Source of the DNA: a virus
Length of the DNA: 64,000 bases
IMG/VR virus record: IMGVR_UViG_3300018080_000002
Coordinates: 93,358-157,357 of that record
Strand: one strand, 5' to 3'
Under the pieces are notes generated by a model, which saw only the letters and a program-made list of their open reading frames with translations, did not search any database and was not told the DNA's origin. The translations under genes and the position numbers were made by a program. Below are positions 9,652 through 18,920 of the stretch, in pieces. Positions within the stretch are counted from its first letter, which is position 1. Each line of letters begins with the position of its first letter.

Positions 9652-10491
9652 ATGCGAAAAGAATTTAAAAAAGAAATGGCAAGAATAGAGTCTGTTTTAG
9701 GTCGAGATACTGGCGAAAGAGATTCTATTGAGGAATATTCTGAACCTTGGATGAATAAAAAAGTTAAGAGTCAAAAGACTGGTCGAATGGTTAAGATCGG
9801 ATCATTAGAGCCAGCAGAACGAGCAAAATATCGACCAAAATCAGAGCAAAAACCAGCTCATCATCATGCTGCTGAAGCCTTGAGGAAGTCGGGACATCAC
9901 AAGTTGGCAGATAAGGTTATGAGAGATCCAAAGTCTCATGCAAAAATAGCAGATAAAATGGAAGATATAAATAATCATGGTATTGCTGCTATGTTAAGGG
10001 CTGATGATGATACTGATGTTGAGGTTTTAGCCAAGGGTGAGCACGATCATCATGAGTTTGATATGAGAGGTAAGCCTGAGAAATATGGTCATGAAAGAGA
10101 TGATGCCTTGAGGGCAAAATATGAAGCTACTAATCCAGATAAGAGGATGGGTGACGGGGACGAATTTGATAAATGGCAAGCTCCAGGCCATTTGTCTGCT
10201 TTGAGATATCTTCATAAAAACAATCTACATCATACTGATACCTATAAGCGTTTGGCTGATAAGGTCAATAAGCATAAGGATAAGTATAAGAAACTTCATG
10301 ACGAGCATCTGAAGGGCTATAAAGACAATCATAAACAAGCCAAGGCAGAGTTGAAAGAGACTCAGAAAAGATTCAAAGACAAGTATGATAGGAAATATAC
10401 GATGGGTGATCATAAGAGCTATTTGCATAGTATTAAAAGCACTCATGACACACAGAAAGATCTTGGTAGGGTTCTTGGTTTAGATAAATAG
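9652..10491 (+). CDS. His/Lys-rich putative internal head protein, leader family B
   Basis: MRKEFKKEMARIESVLG...IEE; KVKSQKTGRMVKI module; many H/K/D. Confidence 0.55.
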   Translation: MRKEFKKEMARIESVLGRDTGERDSIEEYSEPWMNKKVKSQKTGRMVKIGSLEPAERAKYRPKSEQKPAHHHAAEALRKSGHHKLADKVMRDPKSHAKIADKMEDINNHGIAAMLRADDDTDVEVLAKGEHDHHEFDMRGKPEKYGHERDDALRAKYEATNPDKRMGDGDEFDKWQAPGHLSALRYLHKNNLHHTDTYKRLADKVNKHKDKYKKLHDEHLKGYKDNHKQAKAELKETQKRFKDKYDRKYTMGDHKSYLHSIKSTHDTQKDLGRVLGLDK

Positions 10492-10501
10492 GAGATTTCA
10501 A

Positions 10502-10804
10502 ATGAGACAAGAATATATTGATGAGATGAAAAAGATCGAATCTGTTCTTTCTGAGGTTACTTTTAGTGGCGGTGGTTCTGATGATGCAGCTAAGGCATTT
10601 AAGATCCTGGGTACTAGGCCAAAATCCTCGGTAACGTCAATTGGTATAGTTGCTTATGGTACTGGCTTGAGTGAAATTGATGCGGTTTTGTTGAAAAAGC
10701 TTTTAAAGATCAAAACATTTACGGGTGTATCATTCAATCCTCAATCTAAATTAGAAATCATGTTTGATTTAGGCGATGATTTTGAGGATGAGGATGAGGA
10801 ATAG
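10502..10804 (+). CDS. Putative internal head protein, leader family B
   Basis: MRQEYIDEMKKIESVLSE. Confidence 0.55.
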   Translation: MRQEYIDEMKKIESVLSEVTFSGGGSDDAAKAFKILGTRPKSSVTSIGIVAYGTGLSEIDAVLLKKLLKIKTFTGVSFNPQSKLEIMFDLGDDFEDEDEE

Positions 10805-10818
10805 TTAGGAGATAAGAG

Positions 10819-11700
10819 ATGATTTCATTAGAGAGAAAACTATATGAGGATTCCATTGATGGGTTGGCGTCTGTTTTATGCGAGTCCTCAAGGATCAATG
10901 AAGAGTATGATCTTATCCTACAAAAAGAGTCTTTGGGTAAGCCGAAAGATATTGAAAAGTGGCATAAGGATCTTTTAGCTTGGATGAAAAAATATAAGCT
11001 TAAACCAGGCGCACAGCTAAAGATGTCTGGTGGACGTTTGTATGATCCTTCCAAGATGGCACCGACCAAAGCTGGTGATGAGTTTGAAAAACTATTAAAG
11101 AGAGCCTTAGATCTTAAAATAGGGTCTGAATACAATTTTAGGACTGGAGGTAGTATGCAGACCTCTAGTAAGTTGGCTGTCAATATATTTAATAGTGCAG
11201 ATCTTGTTTTTGGTGAGTATGACGATCTTGAGTATGCTGGTGGTGATAATACCTATGACTATTGCAAAGTAGAAAATGAGGGTGCTGTTTCTATTATAGA
11301 CAGGAATTTCGTAGAGAAATTTATTGAGCATTTAGGTGATGATACTGCTTATGTTATCCCGTCAGAAATTAATAATCAGTGGGAAGATTTTGAGGAGCTT
11401 GCTCATAAGGCGAATGGGTCTGCTGGTTTGAATCCAAAATTCGGAGCCATGATTCGTTTTAAGGCTGTTGAGTTATTTGAAGTGCTCAAAAAGTTGGATG
11501 GCATAAAGATCTCATTGAACAACATTAAAAAGTCTAAGAATAATCCAAAGTATTATTCGACTGTTGAATACAGGATTGAGGTTCCTAAGATTGTTGCATT
11601 TTATGTTTCAGTTAAATCTCAGAGATTACGTGATGGATCTTTTAGAGTGAATGCTGAAGCTGAATTGGATATCAAGCCTGGAAGGTTTCGTTCATTTTAA
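10819..11700 (+). CDS. Hypothetical protein with leader-like N-terminus
   Basis: 293 aa; LCE/INE/QKE sites in the first 40 aa; AGGAG RBS. Confidence 0.5.
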   Translation: MISLERKLYEDSIDGLASVLCESSRINEEYDLILQKESLGKPKDIEKWHKDLLAWMKKYKLKPGAQLKMSGGRLYDPSKMAPTKAGDEFEKLLKRALDLKIGSEYNFRTGGSMQTSSKLAVNIFNSADLVFGEYDDLEYAGGDNTYDYCKVENEGAVSIIDRNFVEKFIEHLGDDTAYVIPSEINNQWEDFEELAHKANGSAGLNPKFGAMIRFKAVELFEVLKKLDGIKISLNNIKKSKNNPKYYSTVEYRIEVPKIVAFYVSVKSQRLRDGSFRVNAEAELDIKPGRFRSF

Positions 11701-11717
11701 TAGCAGAGGGTTTTAAC

Positions 11718-13943
11718 ATGCTAAAGTATGGTTTTCTGAAAGAGACTAATGATGCTGTCTTAGATATTTTTAGAGAGGAAAACGGTTTTCCCAAGAAAAA
11801 TGAATTAACTGAGGGATGGGGAAACGAAGGTTATGATTTTGAGGGGGATGATATTGGTGTTAAGGCTTGGAGCGTAACGCCTACGTTCTGGGAGCTTGAC
11901 CTATATGACAACCTAAAACAGATTGGAAAACGTGGTAAGAGAATAAAGCATCTTTATAAAAGGGTGATCCATAAAGAGGGTAGAACGGCATGGCCTGAAA
12001 CTCTTATAGCTCGTCTTAAGCCTAATATGGGCAAGGCTGAGGTTATGAAAGAGTTTGATAAGATCATCAAAGAAATGGAAAGAGATACCGAGGCTGAAGT
12101 GCAAGTCAGTGGTGGAGAATCTGAGCTTAAAGCTGTGGATAGGTCTATTATTGAGCCATCCTGGGCAAATAAGTTTATCGATAAGGCTGGTAAGGACATC
12201 TCGGTACATTTCAAAAAACCCCATGTAACGATCTCCAGTAAAAAAGATTCTAAGGCGGCTGATGAACAGAGGATGTACCACTATATTGACGTAGACTGGC
12301 ATTATGCTAAGAAAGTCAACATGTTAGTGGATGAGCTAATTAAGGGTGTTGGTCTTTCGTCTGCTGGTAAGATCCTTAAAAGGGAAAAAATCAAGTATAA
12401 AGAGCCTTTCCGTATGGACCCGATGTGGGAATCGAAGCAGTTGCGGTTGAGTGAAGGATCAATAAAGATATCTCCTGATGACCCAGTGAAAAAGCTGTGG
12501 GTTGTTTTAAAGTCTGAATTAACTCAGTTTGACAAAAAGCAATCGACTAAATCTGGATATAATCATTATGCTCTAGCTCAGTATTTGGAGGCGGTAAATA
12601 AAGCTGCAAAGTTGGTTGGCAGTAAGGATGATAAGATACTTATTTTTAAGGCATTAATAAAGTCTTTTACATTCAATAGAAATAGGATGAAATTTGATCT
12701 TCCTCCATTACAGAGAGTTGCTAAAAAATATGGTGTTGATTATGAATCGGTTTCTGCTCTCCATAACAAGCAGGAGTCATCTGATATTGTAGTCAAAGAT
12801 GGTAAGAAATTCTTCAAGCCTAAAAAGCCTGTTTACCACCGTATGCCTGTTGAAAAATTTTCTGACATGACAGAGAGGGAGCTTAATAAGCTCGTACATA
12901 AGGCTATTAAGGGTGTTGATGTTCATTTTGGTTTTTCAGATCTTTTCACAGATAAACAGTTGAATGCTTTGTTGGATAGCGAGGTATTCAATGATTTTTC
13001 TCGTAGCACTAAGGACGATATTTATAACGCTCTGGGTGAGAGTGTGGAGATTTCTGAGTCTAATAAGTTGAAGGATGTTACGAAAAAGACAATAGCCATG
13101 TTGTCTGATCTTCGGCATATAGATGATGAAAATTTGGTTTCAGATTTCCCGACTACATTATTGATGGTTCTTCATAATTTAGCGGTTATGTCTCAGGATC
13201 TTGGGATGGATGATGTTAAACGAGATATTTTGTCTTTGAAGAAAAGGTTAAATTCTAGTGTTGTTAAGTATCAAATGGGTGAGGCTGTTGGCAAAAATTT
13301 GATAGGCAGTGCTCCGAGCTTAGAGAGGATACAAAAATTAATCAGTAAATATTTTATGGGTAGTAAAGTTGATCTGAAAGAGACCGGAGAAAATGAGTGG
13401 TCAGTAGCTACAGGTAAAGGTGTTATCCCGAAGTTAAGAGTCATCAAAAAGAAAAATCGTTTTAGGTTCGAGAGAACCGAGAGTAAATATGATCAAATAA
13501 CGGAAAGAGATACTACTCCTGATGAATGGAAAAAGGCTTTGGATGGTAACAGGCGTGTATTAAAGAGCCTGACAGACAAAGTCAAACGGATGCGAAAAGG
13601 AGAGACCTTCCCTAATCTGACTATGGATGGAGCTATGGGAGCTATTAGGGGGTTGACTGTAGCTATTAAAAACATCGAAAAATCATTGGGTGAGAACGTT
13701 GATAGCATTGTAAATGAATCTTCATATGATGTAGCAGCAGATAGTATTGCTAGATCAGCGGCTTTGAATCCAAAAGCTGTGTTGAAACTTATTGAGAGGC
13801 AGGGGTGGGATGGCGATAAATTGGCCGAATTGATCCATGCAAAAAAAGTAGATGCGATGGATGTTATGGTTGCTCTGGTTGGGAACAAGAAAGGTATGGC
13901 TCAAGCAATAAAGAAAATCGAAAAATCATTGGGTGTTTCGTAA
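11718..13943 (+). CDS. Large multi-module protein, possible protease-processed internal polyprotein
   Basis: 741 aa; basic modules separated by LTE/LSE/LGES/ISES/ITE/VNES linkers. Confidence 0.5.
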   Translation: MLKYGFLKETNDAVLDIFREENGFPKKNELTEGWGNEGYDFEGDDIGVKAWSVTPTFWELDLYDNLKQIGKRGKRIKHLYKRVIHKEGRTAWPETLIARLKPNMGKAEVMKEFDKIIKEMERDTEAEVQVSGGESELKAVDRSIIEPSWANKFIDKAGKDISVHFKKPHVTISSKKDSKAADEQRMYHYIDVDWHYAKKVNMLVDELIKGVGLSSAGKILKREKIKYKEPFRMDPMWESKQLRLSEGSIKISPDDPVKKLWVVLKSELTQFDKKQSTKSGYNHYALAQYLEAVNKAAKLVGSKDDKILIFKALIKSFTFNRNRMKFDLPPLQRVAKKYGVDYESVSALHNKQESSDIVVKDGKKFFKPKKPVYHRMPVEKFSDMTERELNKLVHKAIKGVDVHFGFSDLFTDKQLNALLDSEVFNDFSRSTKDDIYNALGESVEISESNKLKDVTKKTIAMLSDLRHIDDENLVSDFPTTLLMVLHNLAVMSQDLGMDDVKRDILSLKKRLNSSVVKYQMGEAVGKNLIGSAPSLERIQKLISKYFMGSKVDLKETGENEWSVATGKGVIPKLRVIKKKNRFRFERTESKYDQITERDTTPDEWKKALDGNRRVLKSLTDKVKRMRKGETFPNLTMDGAMGAIRGLTVAIKNIEKSLGENVDSIVNESSYDVAADSIARSAALNPKAVLKLIERQGWDGDKLAELIHAKKVDAMDVMVALVGNKKGMAQAIKKIEKSLGVS

Positions 13944-13971
13944 TTTTCTGACTTATACCTGGAGTCAAGGA

Positions 13972-14160
13972 ATGAAAACTCAGAAAGAAAAGATCAAGGA
14001 AGAGAATGACAGGATCTTAGAAAAGATGAGAAATGGAGAGTCGTTATCGAGATGTAAGCCTCAAGACACCTGGTTTCAGCCAAGGCCGATAATTGAAAAG
14101 GATAAAGAGGCTATAAAGAAACTTGAAAAGATGAGCAAAAAGGATGAGCCAGTACAATGA
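13972..14160 (+). CDS. Small hypothetical protein
   Basis: ATG 13972 after GGAG/AAGGA. Confidence 0.45.
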   Translation: MKTQKEKIKEENDRILEKMRNGESLSRCKPQDTWFQPRPIIEKDKEAIKKLEKMSKKDEPVQ

Positions 14161-14419
14161 TTTAAGGTTTACAAGATTGATATCTAGTCGCACAAATATG
14201 TGTGGCTATAAGAAATTGCCGCATAATTTAAAACAAGAGTTTGGAGAGGCTCATTTAATGTTTGAAAAAAGTGCTGCTAAGGAGGATTGGGATTCCGATG
14301 AGGAAACCACTTTAAGGGATTTACTACTAAGATTAGCGGAGGTTTTAGTCAGTCGTATAAACGTGAAAGAAAAGGAAAAGTCGTTAGTCAGTATAAAGGG
14401 TAATATTGAAAGGTTGTAA
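14144..14419 (+). CDS. Hypothetical protein
   Basis: 91-aa ORF coupled to both neighbours. Confidence 0.45.
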   Translation: MSQYNDLRFTRLISSRTNMCGYKKLPHNLKQEFGEAHLMFEKSAAKEDWDSDEETTLRDLLLRLAEVLVSRINVKEKEKSLVSIKGNIERL

Positions 14420-15753
14420 TGTTAAATCTTGGTAATATTGTAAAGTCCGTACAAAAAGTTTCTAAGGAAATAGAGGAATATCGTAATAGTAGGGTGTTAA
14501 TTTATAACGAAGATTGTTTGTCTCGTTTAAAAAAAGTCGAAAGCGATTTCGTTGATTCATTGGTTGCAGATCCACCCGCTGGCATCTCGTTCATGAACAA
14601 AGATTGGGATAAAGATAAAGGCGGTAGGGATGAATGGATATCTTGGATGACTGAAGTAATGAAAGAATGCCACAGAGTAATGAAACCAGGAGCACATGGT
14701 TTAGTGTGGGCTATTCCCAGAACATCCCATTGGACTGCTACAGCATTAGAAGAGGCTGGTTTTGAAGTCAAAGATGTTGTGACGCATCTTTTTGGGTCAG
14801 GATTTCCTAAAAGTTTAAATATAAGCAAAGCTATCGATAAGCTGAAAGGGGTTGATAGGGAAGTTGTTGGTAGTGTTCCACACACAACTGGCATTCATAG
14901 AAATCATTCTTTACAGAGGAGTGAGTGGGATGAAAAAGATACTAAACAAGGCACTTTGAAAAATGATGAGATGAAAATAACCAAACCAGCCACACCCGAA
15001 GCTGAACAATGGGATGGCTGGGGTAGTGCGCTAAAACCGAGCAATGAACATTGGATTTTAATAAGAAAACCATTATCTGAAAAGTCGATAGCGGAAAATG
15101 TTTTAAAACATGGGGCGGGGGGTATTAACATTGACGGGTCTAGGATTGGTACAAGTGGAAGTGCATTACACGCATCAAAACCAAGATCAAAGAGGACTGG
15201 ATTTATAAAGGGATTTGTATCGGGCACCGAAACAGAGATAAGAAATCAAGGCCGATTTCCATCGAACACGGTCATGACACATCATCCTGAATGCGAACTA
15301 ACGGTGTATCCGGATCATACTACAACATGGGAATGCCATGATGATTGCCCGGTGAAGATGTTGGATGATCAATCTGGAATATTGAAAAACGGTGGTGCTG
15401 TAGCAGGTAAAGGGTATGAAAAAAATGGGATGTTTTCTATGGGAAATATAAATAATGCAAAGATTGATTTTGCTGGTGATAAAGGTGGTGCATCCCGATT
15501 CTTTTATTGTGCTAAAGCATCACGTTCGGATAGGGGTGAAGGAAACAATCACCCTACGGTTAAAAACACAAAATTGATGGAATATTTAGTAACACTCGTA
15601 ACTCCAAAGAACGGTCGGGTATTAGATCCTTTTATGGGTAGTGGTAGTACAGGTGTGGCGTGTGCTAGACTTGGGTATAGATTTTTCGGAATAGAAAAAG
15701 AAAAAGAATATTTTGATATTGCAGACACAAGGATAAAGAACGTCCTGGATTAG
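14419..15753 (+). CDS. DNA N6-adenine/N4-cytosine methyltransferase (beta class)
   Basis: Motif IV DPPA, GSGFPKS, HPTVK..LM.YL, motif I VLDPFMGSGSTG, GIEKE.EY. Confidence 0.9.
   Translation: MLNLGNIVKSVQKVSKEIEEYRNSRVLIYNEDCLSRLKKVESDFVDSLVADPPAGISFMNKDWDKDKGGRDEWISWMTEVMKECHRVMKPGAHGLVWAIPRTSHWTATALEEAGFEVKDVVTHLFGSGFPKSLNISKAIDKLKGVDREVVGSVPHTTGIHRNHSLQRSEWDEKDTKQGTLKNDEMKITKPATPEAEQWDGWGSALKPSNEHWILIRKPLSEKSIAENVLKHGAGGINIDGSRIGTSGSALHASKPRSKRTGFIKGFVSGTETEIRNQGRFPSNTVMTHHPECELTVYPDHTTTWECHDDCPVKMLDDQSGILKNGGAVAGKGYEKNGMFSMGNINNAKIDFAGDKGGASRFFYCAKASRSDRGEGNNHPTVKNTKLMEYLVTLVTPKNGRVLDPFMGSGSTGVACARLGYRFFGIEKEKEYFDIADTRIKNVLD
14538..14551 (+). repeat. Dispersed 14-bp motif CGAAAGCGATTTCG, copy 2 (in MTase)
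   Basis: Exact copy. Confidence 0.85.
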
Positions 15754-15761
15754 AGGTTTGT

Positions 15762-16298
15762 ATGAATAGTTGGCTTTTAATAGAGGAAATAACTGAGGCG
15801 GTAAATCGTAAGAGGACACGTCCAAGGAAGATGTCTCTCAGAAAAGAGAGAACATGGAATAGGATTGATCAGGTCCAGGATGATATTGATGAAATATTGG
15901 ATAAATTGGGGAAAAAGGAAACTATCTCGGTAGCTAAGATTGTTGAGTTGAATAACAGAGGTCGGATGCCGACTTTGTTAAAACATGCGGTTGTAGCGAT
16001 TACCAAATATTTGTTGAAAAAGACCAATGAGAGTCGATCTCAGGCGTTTATTGGAGGTCATAATATAGCGTTTTGGTCTCTTAGACGGTATGGTTATGTC
16101 AAACGAAATGGATATGCCTTAACAGGAAAAGGTGTTCTGCGGAGTAAGCTGCACGAAAGAGAGGGTGCTGAGGGTGGTCGAAAGACCGACAGGTATGGTA
16201 TTATGTATAATCAGGTATTCAAACGCAAAAAGAGCTATTCGGGTAAAGACAAATATCGTCATAAAACTGAACCGAAGATAAGAAATGTGAAAAAATGA
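15762..16298 (+). CDS. Basic protein, possible winged-helix DNA-binding
   Basis: Short leader ending ITE; R/K-rich; LRRYGYV...YALTGKG wing-like motif. Confidence 0.45.
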   Translation: MNSWLLIEEITEAVNRKRTRPRKMSLRKERTWNRIDQVQDDIDEILDKLGKKETISVAKIVELNNRGRMPTLLKHAVVAITKYLLKKTNESRSQAFIGGHNIAFWSLRRYGYVKRNGYALTGKGVLRSKLHEREGAEGGRKTDRYGIMYNQVFKRKKSYSGKDKYRHKTEPKIRNVKK

Positions 16299-16492
16299 AT
16301 ATGAAAGAGATCAATGAAAAGCTAAAGTTGATTGAGAGAAATCTTTTCAATGATGATGAAGAGGGTTTAGCGGATAAGGTAAATTCTCGTTTGAGAAAAC
16401 GCCAAAAAAAATCTGGTGACAAAATGAAAGATAGATTGCGCCGTTCTCGTAAGTCTAGGATTTCAGATAGGAAAATTAGTAACAACGCTTGA
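16295..16492 (+). CDS. Small basic protein with family-A-like leader
   Basis: MNMKEINEKLKLIE then R/K-rich tail. Confidence 0.45.
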   Translation: MNMKEINEKLKLIERNLFNDDEEGLADKVNSRLRKRQKKSGDKMKDRLRRSRKSRISDRKISNNA

Positions 16493-16514
16493 TGTTTACA
16501 AGGGGTATGATTAT

Positions 16515-16778
16515 ATGCAGAAATGTACTGGAAAAGTGAAGTGGTTTAATACCGAAAAGGGTTTTGGATTCTTAGCCAGAGATGGCCATCCAGAGGACAT
16601 GGAGCCAAAGAAAGGTGTCTTTGTCCATTATGATGCCATTGAGAGGGTTGATGGTTTAGATAAGAAAACTTTGGTAAAGGACCAGATAGTAGAGTTTTTC
16701 GCTGTAACTTCGGAGAAAGGTCTTAAGGCGTTAAGGGTAAAATTTGTTGAGGTTGGCGATGACAGTGACGAATCATAA
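16515..16778 (+). CDS. Cold-shock domain protein
   Basis: GKVKWFNTEKGFGFL (RNP1), VFVHYDAI (RNP2), L..DQ.VEF...KG..A..V. Confidence 0.9.
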   Translation: MQKCTGKVKWFNTEKGFGFLARDGHPEDMEPKKGVFVHYDAIERVDGLDKKTLVKDQIVEFFAVTSEKGLKALRVKFVEVGDDSDES

Positions 16779-16779
16779 A

Positions 16780-17469
16780 ATGCCTGAACTCCCTTTTCGG
16801 TCAACTCCGAATCATGGTGGAGAGATATCGCCGAGGATCATTGTGTTGAATTACACCCTTAGCAGGACGTTGATTAGTACGGTACGTTGGATGAGTACAT
16901 CTGAGAGTCAGGCATCAGCACATATCATCATCGGTCGTGATGGTAAGGCTATGCAGATGTTGCCGTTTAACATCAAGGCATGGCATTGTGGTTTTTCTGA
17001 ATTTAAGGGATTATCCAGATGTAATGATTTTTCGATAGGCGTTGAGTTGTGTAATTGGGGACCGCTTCAATACAAGCATGGCATGTATCAAACATGGGCA
17101 AAGACTACTGTTCATGATGACGATGTTGTCCAATTTGCTCATGACCTAGAGCCTGGTAAGCAGAAATTTTGGGAGCGATACAGGGAGGAACAGATAGCAT
17201 CCTGTATCAGCATTTGCAAAAAGATCTGCGAGCACTATCCGATTGAGGCGATTGTTGGTCATTCCGATATTGCTAGACCGTTGGGTAGGAGCCTTGGACC
17301 TGGACCAGCATTTGATATTAACAAGGTCAGGGAAGAGGTTGGCATTGGTTATTGTAAAGATACTGACGACTGTATCAAAAGCAGCAATTTTGAGTTATAT
17401 TTACTCAGGAATGAAATTGAGTCTGTTTTAAAAAAGGTCAATAGGTTTCTGGATAGGCGTAGCGATTGA
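16780..17469 (+). CDS. N-acetylmuramoyl-L-alanine amidase fold (Amidase_2), catalytic site degenerate
   Basis: SAHIIIGRDG, AWHCG, N.FSIGVEL.N, VGHSDIA, PGPAFD present; Zn-ligand positions read IVLNYT and RSLGPGP. Confidence 0.8.
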   Translation: MPELPFRSTPNHGGEISPRIIVLNYTLSRTLISTVRWMSTSESQASAHIIIGRDGKAMQMLPFNIKAWHCGFSEFKGLSRCNDFSIGVELCNWGPLQYKHGMYQTWAKTTVHDDDVVQFAHDLEPGKQKFWERYREEQIASCISICKKICEHYPIEAIVGHSDIARPLGRSLGPGPAFDINKVREEVGIGYCKDTDDCIKSSNFELYLLRNEIESVLKKVNRFLDRRSD

Positions 17470-17500
17470 AAGTCGCCATCGATTTCGTTCGGGGGATATC

Positions 17501-17731
17501 GTGAAGGAGTATTTTCTCAAATTTGATTGTCCTAATTTTGTGGATTCGGAGAAAGTTCTTCGAGCTATACAAGAGATTTTGGTTACGTACAAATGTAAGA
17601 TGACTCAATGTGGTGAATTTGAAACGTTAAAAGAGGTGATATTTAGACATAGCACAGGAGCGTGTAAGGGACGATCGGTTCCACCTAAATACACCAAAAA
17701 AGTATCGGACGATTTTAGTGTTAAAGGTTAA
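17501..17731 (+). CDS. Hypothetical protein
   Basis: GTG start after GGGGGA. Confidence 0.4.
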   Translation: MKEYFLKFDCPNFVDSEKVLRAIQEILVTYKCKMTQCGEFETLKEVIFRHSTGACKGRSVPPKYTKKVSDDFSVKG

Positions 17732-18584
17732 ATTAAAGCCCAGGGATAAGCGCAGAATCGAGACCTATCTCAGAAAGATAGATAGGCGTGTGTCTGCTTT
17801 TTTTCGTGGGACTGCTACTCATGCAGGTCGTCTAGTAGCTCACCAGGTTAACCAGAAATTAGATCCTAGTCGAGATCCGCTGTCCAAGGAATACAGTGAC
17901 GGTGTTAGGACTCTCAGAGTTAAAGGTGCTGAGAGGATTCCAAAAGACGAGCTAGGATTGCCGAAGCCTCTGACGAGAGTAAGAGAGGAGCATTGGGCTG
18001 CTATTGCTGTTAGAGCTGAAGCACAAAAAGGTGACGATCTATTTAGGCAGTCGAAAAATATTATAATCAAAATCAAGCCACATAGGCGTAAGTTATTGAA
18101 AAATAGGATGTCTCATTTGATTCCATTGATTCGATATGGTCCTTGGACACCAGATACCATACCTTATATCCCAAAGCCATCTGAGGCTTTGGTTTTGTAT
18201 GTAAAGGTTCCGGTTATGGATCGAAAGTATTTTAGGGATCGAAACATTAAAGATATGCGAAAAGTAAGGTCTATGTTGGCTAGGGAAGGGATATCAACGA
18301 AAGATCCTTTAAAGAATCTCTCGAAGATATATGCCGTTGAAGAGATAGAATACTATGCTCTAAGACGGGAATTTGGTTTGTTAGCTGCTGAGAAACCTAT
18401 TTGGAAACCCTCGATCAAGTTTATGAAGAAAAAGGGTGCCGAATATCTAATCACTACTAACAAGCAGTTGTGGCGCACATTGTTTGATCCAAGTTACAAG
18501 GGGTATGGTATGTTAGGTCGTTTTACAGAGATCGATGCCGATCACGTAAAGTCGTTTCAGTCGTTTCAGGATAAAGTTCGATAA
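17718..18584 (+). CDS. Basic hypothetical protein, possible tail-completion component
   Basis: 288 aa, position upstream of terminator/sheath genes. Confidence 0.45.
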   Translation: MLKVKLKPRDKRRIETYLRKIDRRVSAFFRGTATHAGRLVAHQVNQKLDPSRDPLSKEYSDGVRTLRVKGAERIPKDELGLPKPLTRVREEHWAAIAVRAEAQKGDDLFRQSKNIIIKIKPHRRKLLKNRMSHLIPLIRYGPWTPDTIPYIPKPSEALVLYVKVPVMDRKYFRDRNIKDMRKVRSMLAREGISTKDPLKNLSKIYAVEEIEYYALRREFGLLAAEKPIWKPSIKFMKKKGAEYLITTNKQLWRTLFDPSYKGYGMLGRFTEIDADHVKSFQSFQDKVR

Positions 18585-18593
18585 TGGAGGAGT

Positions 18594-18920
18594 TTGGATA
18601 TGGCAAGAAAATTTTTGTCTGAATCCGAGATTGAAACTCCGATGGATTACAGCACTCAGACACCTCTCAGTCAGCCTGATGAGCAACATGATCTTGTTGA
18701 TGAGGCGATATGGGGTGTGATGGACGAGGTGATAGCCTTTGGACATTCGGAGTCTGCTGCTGAAAAAAGGGTTCGTGATGCTATTGACAAACTGGTAAAG
18801 GATGAAGTTGTATCCGAGACGCCAGAGTATGACGAGCCAGATGGGGTTAAATCTGCATGGATTTCAAATTCTTTGCCGAGGGTGAAGAACTATCTACGAA
18901 TGAAGGGAGATATCCTATAA
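18594..18920 (+). CDS. Hypothetical protein
   Basis: GGAGGAG RBS; acidic 108 aa. Confidence 0.5.
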   Translation: MDMARKFLSESEIETPMDYSTQTPLSQPDEQHDLVDEAIWGVMDEVIAFGHSESAAEKRVRDAIDKLVKDEVVSETPEYDEPDGVKSAWISNSLPRVKNYLRMKGDIL

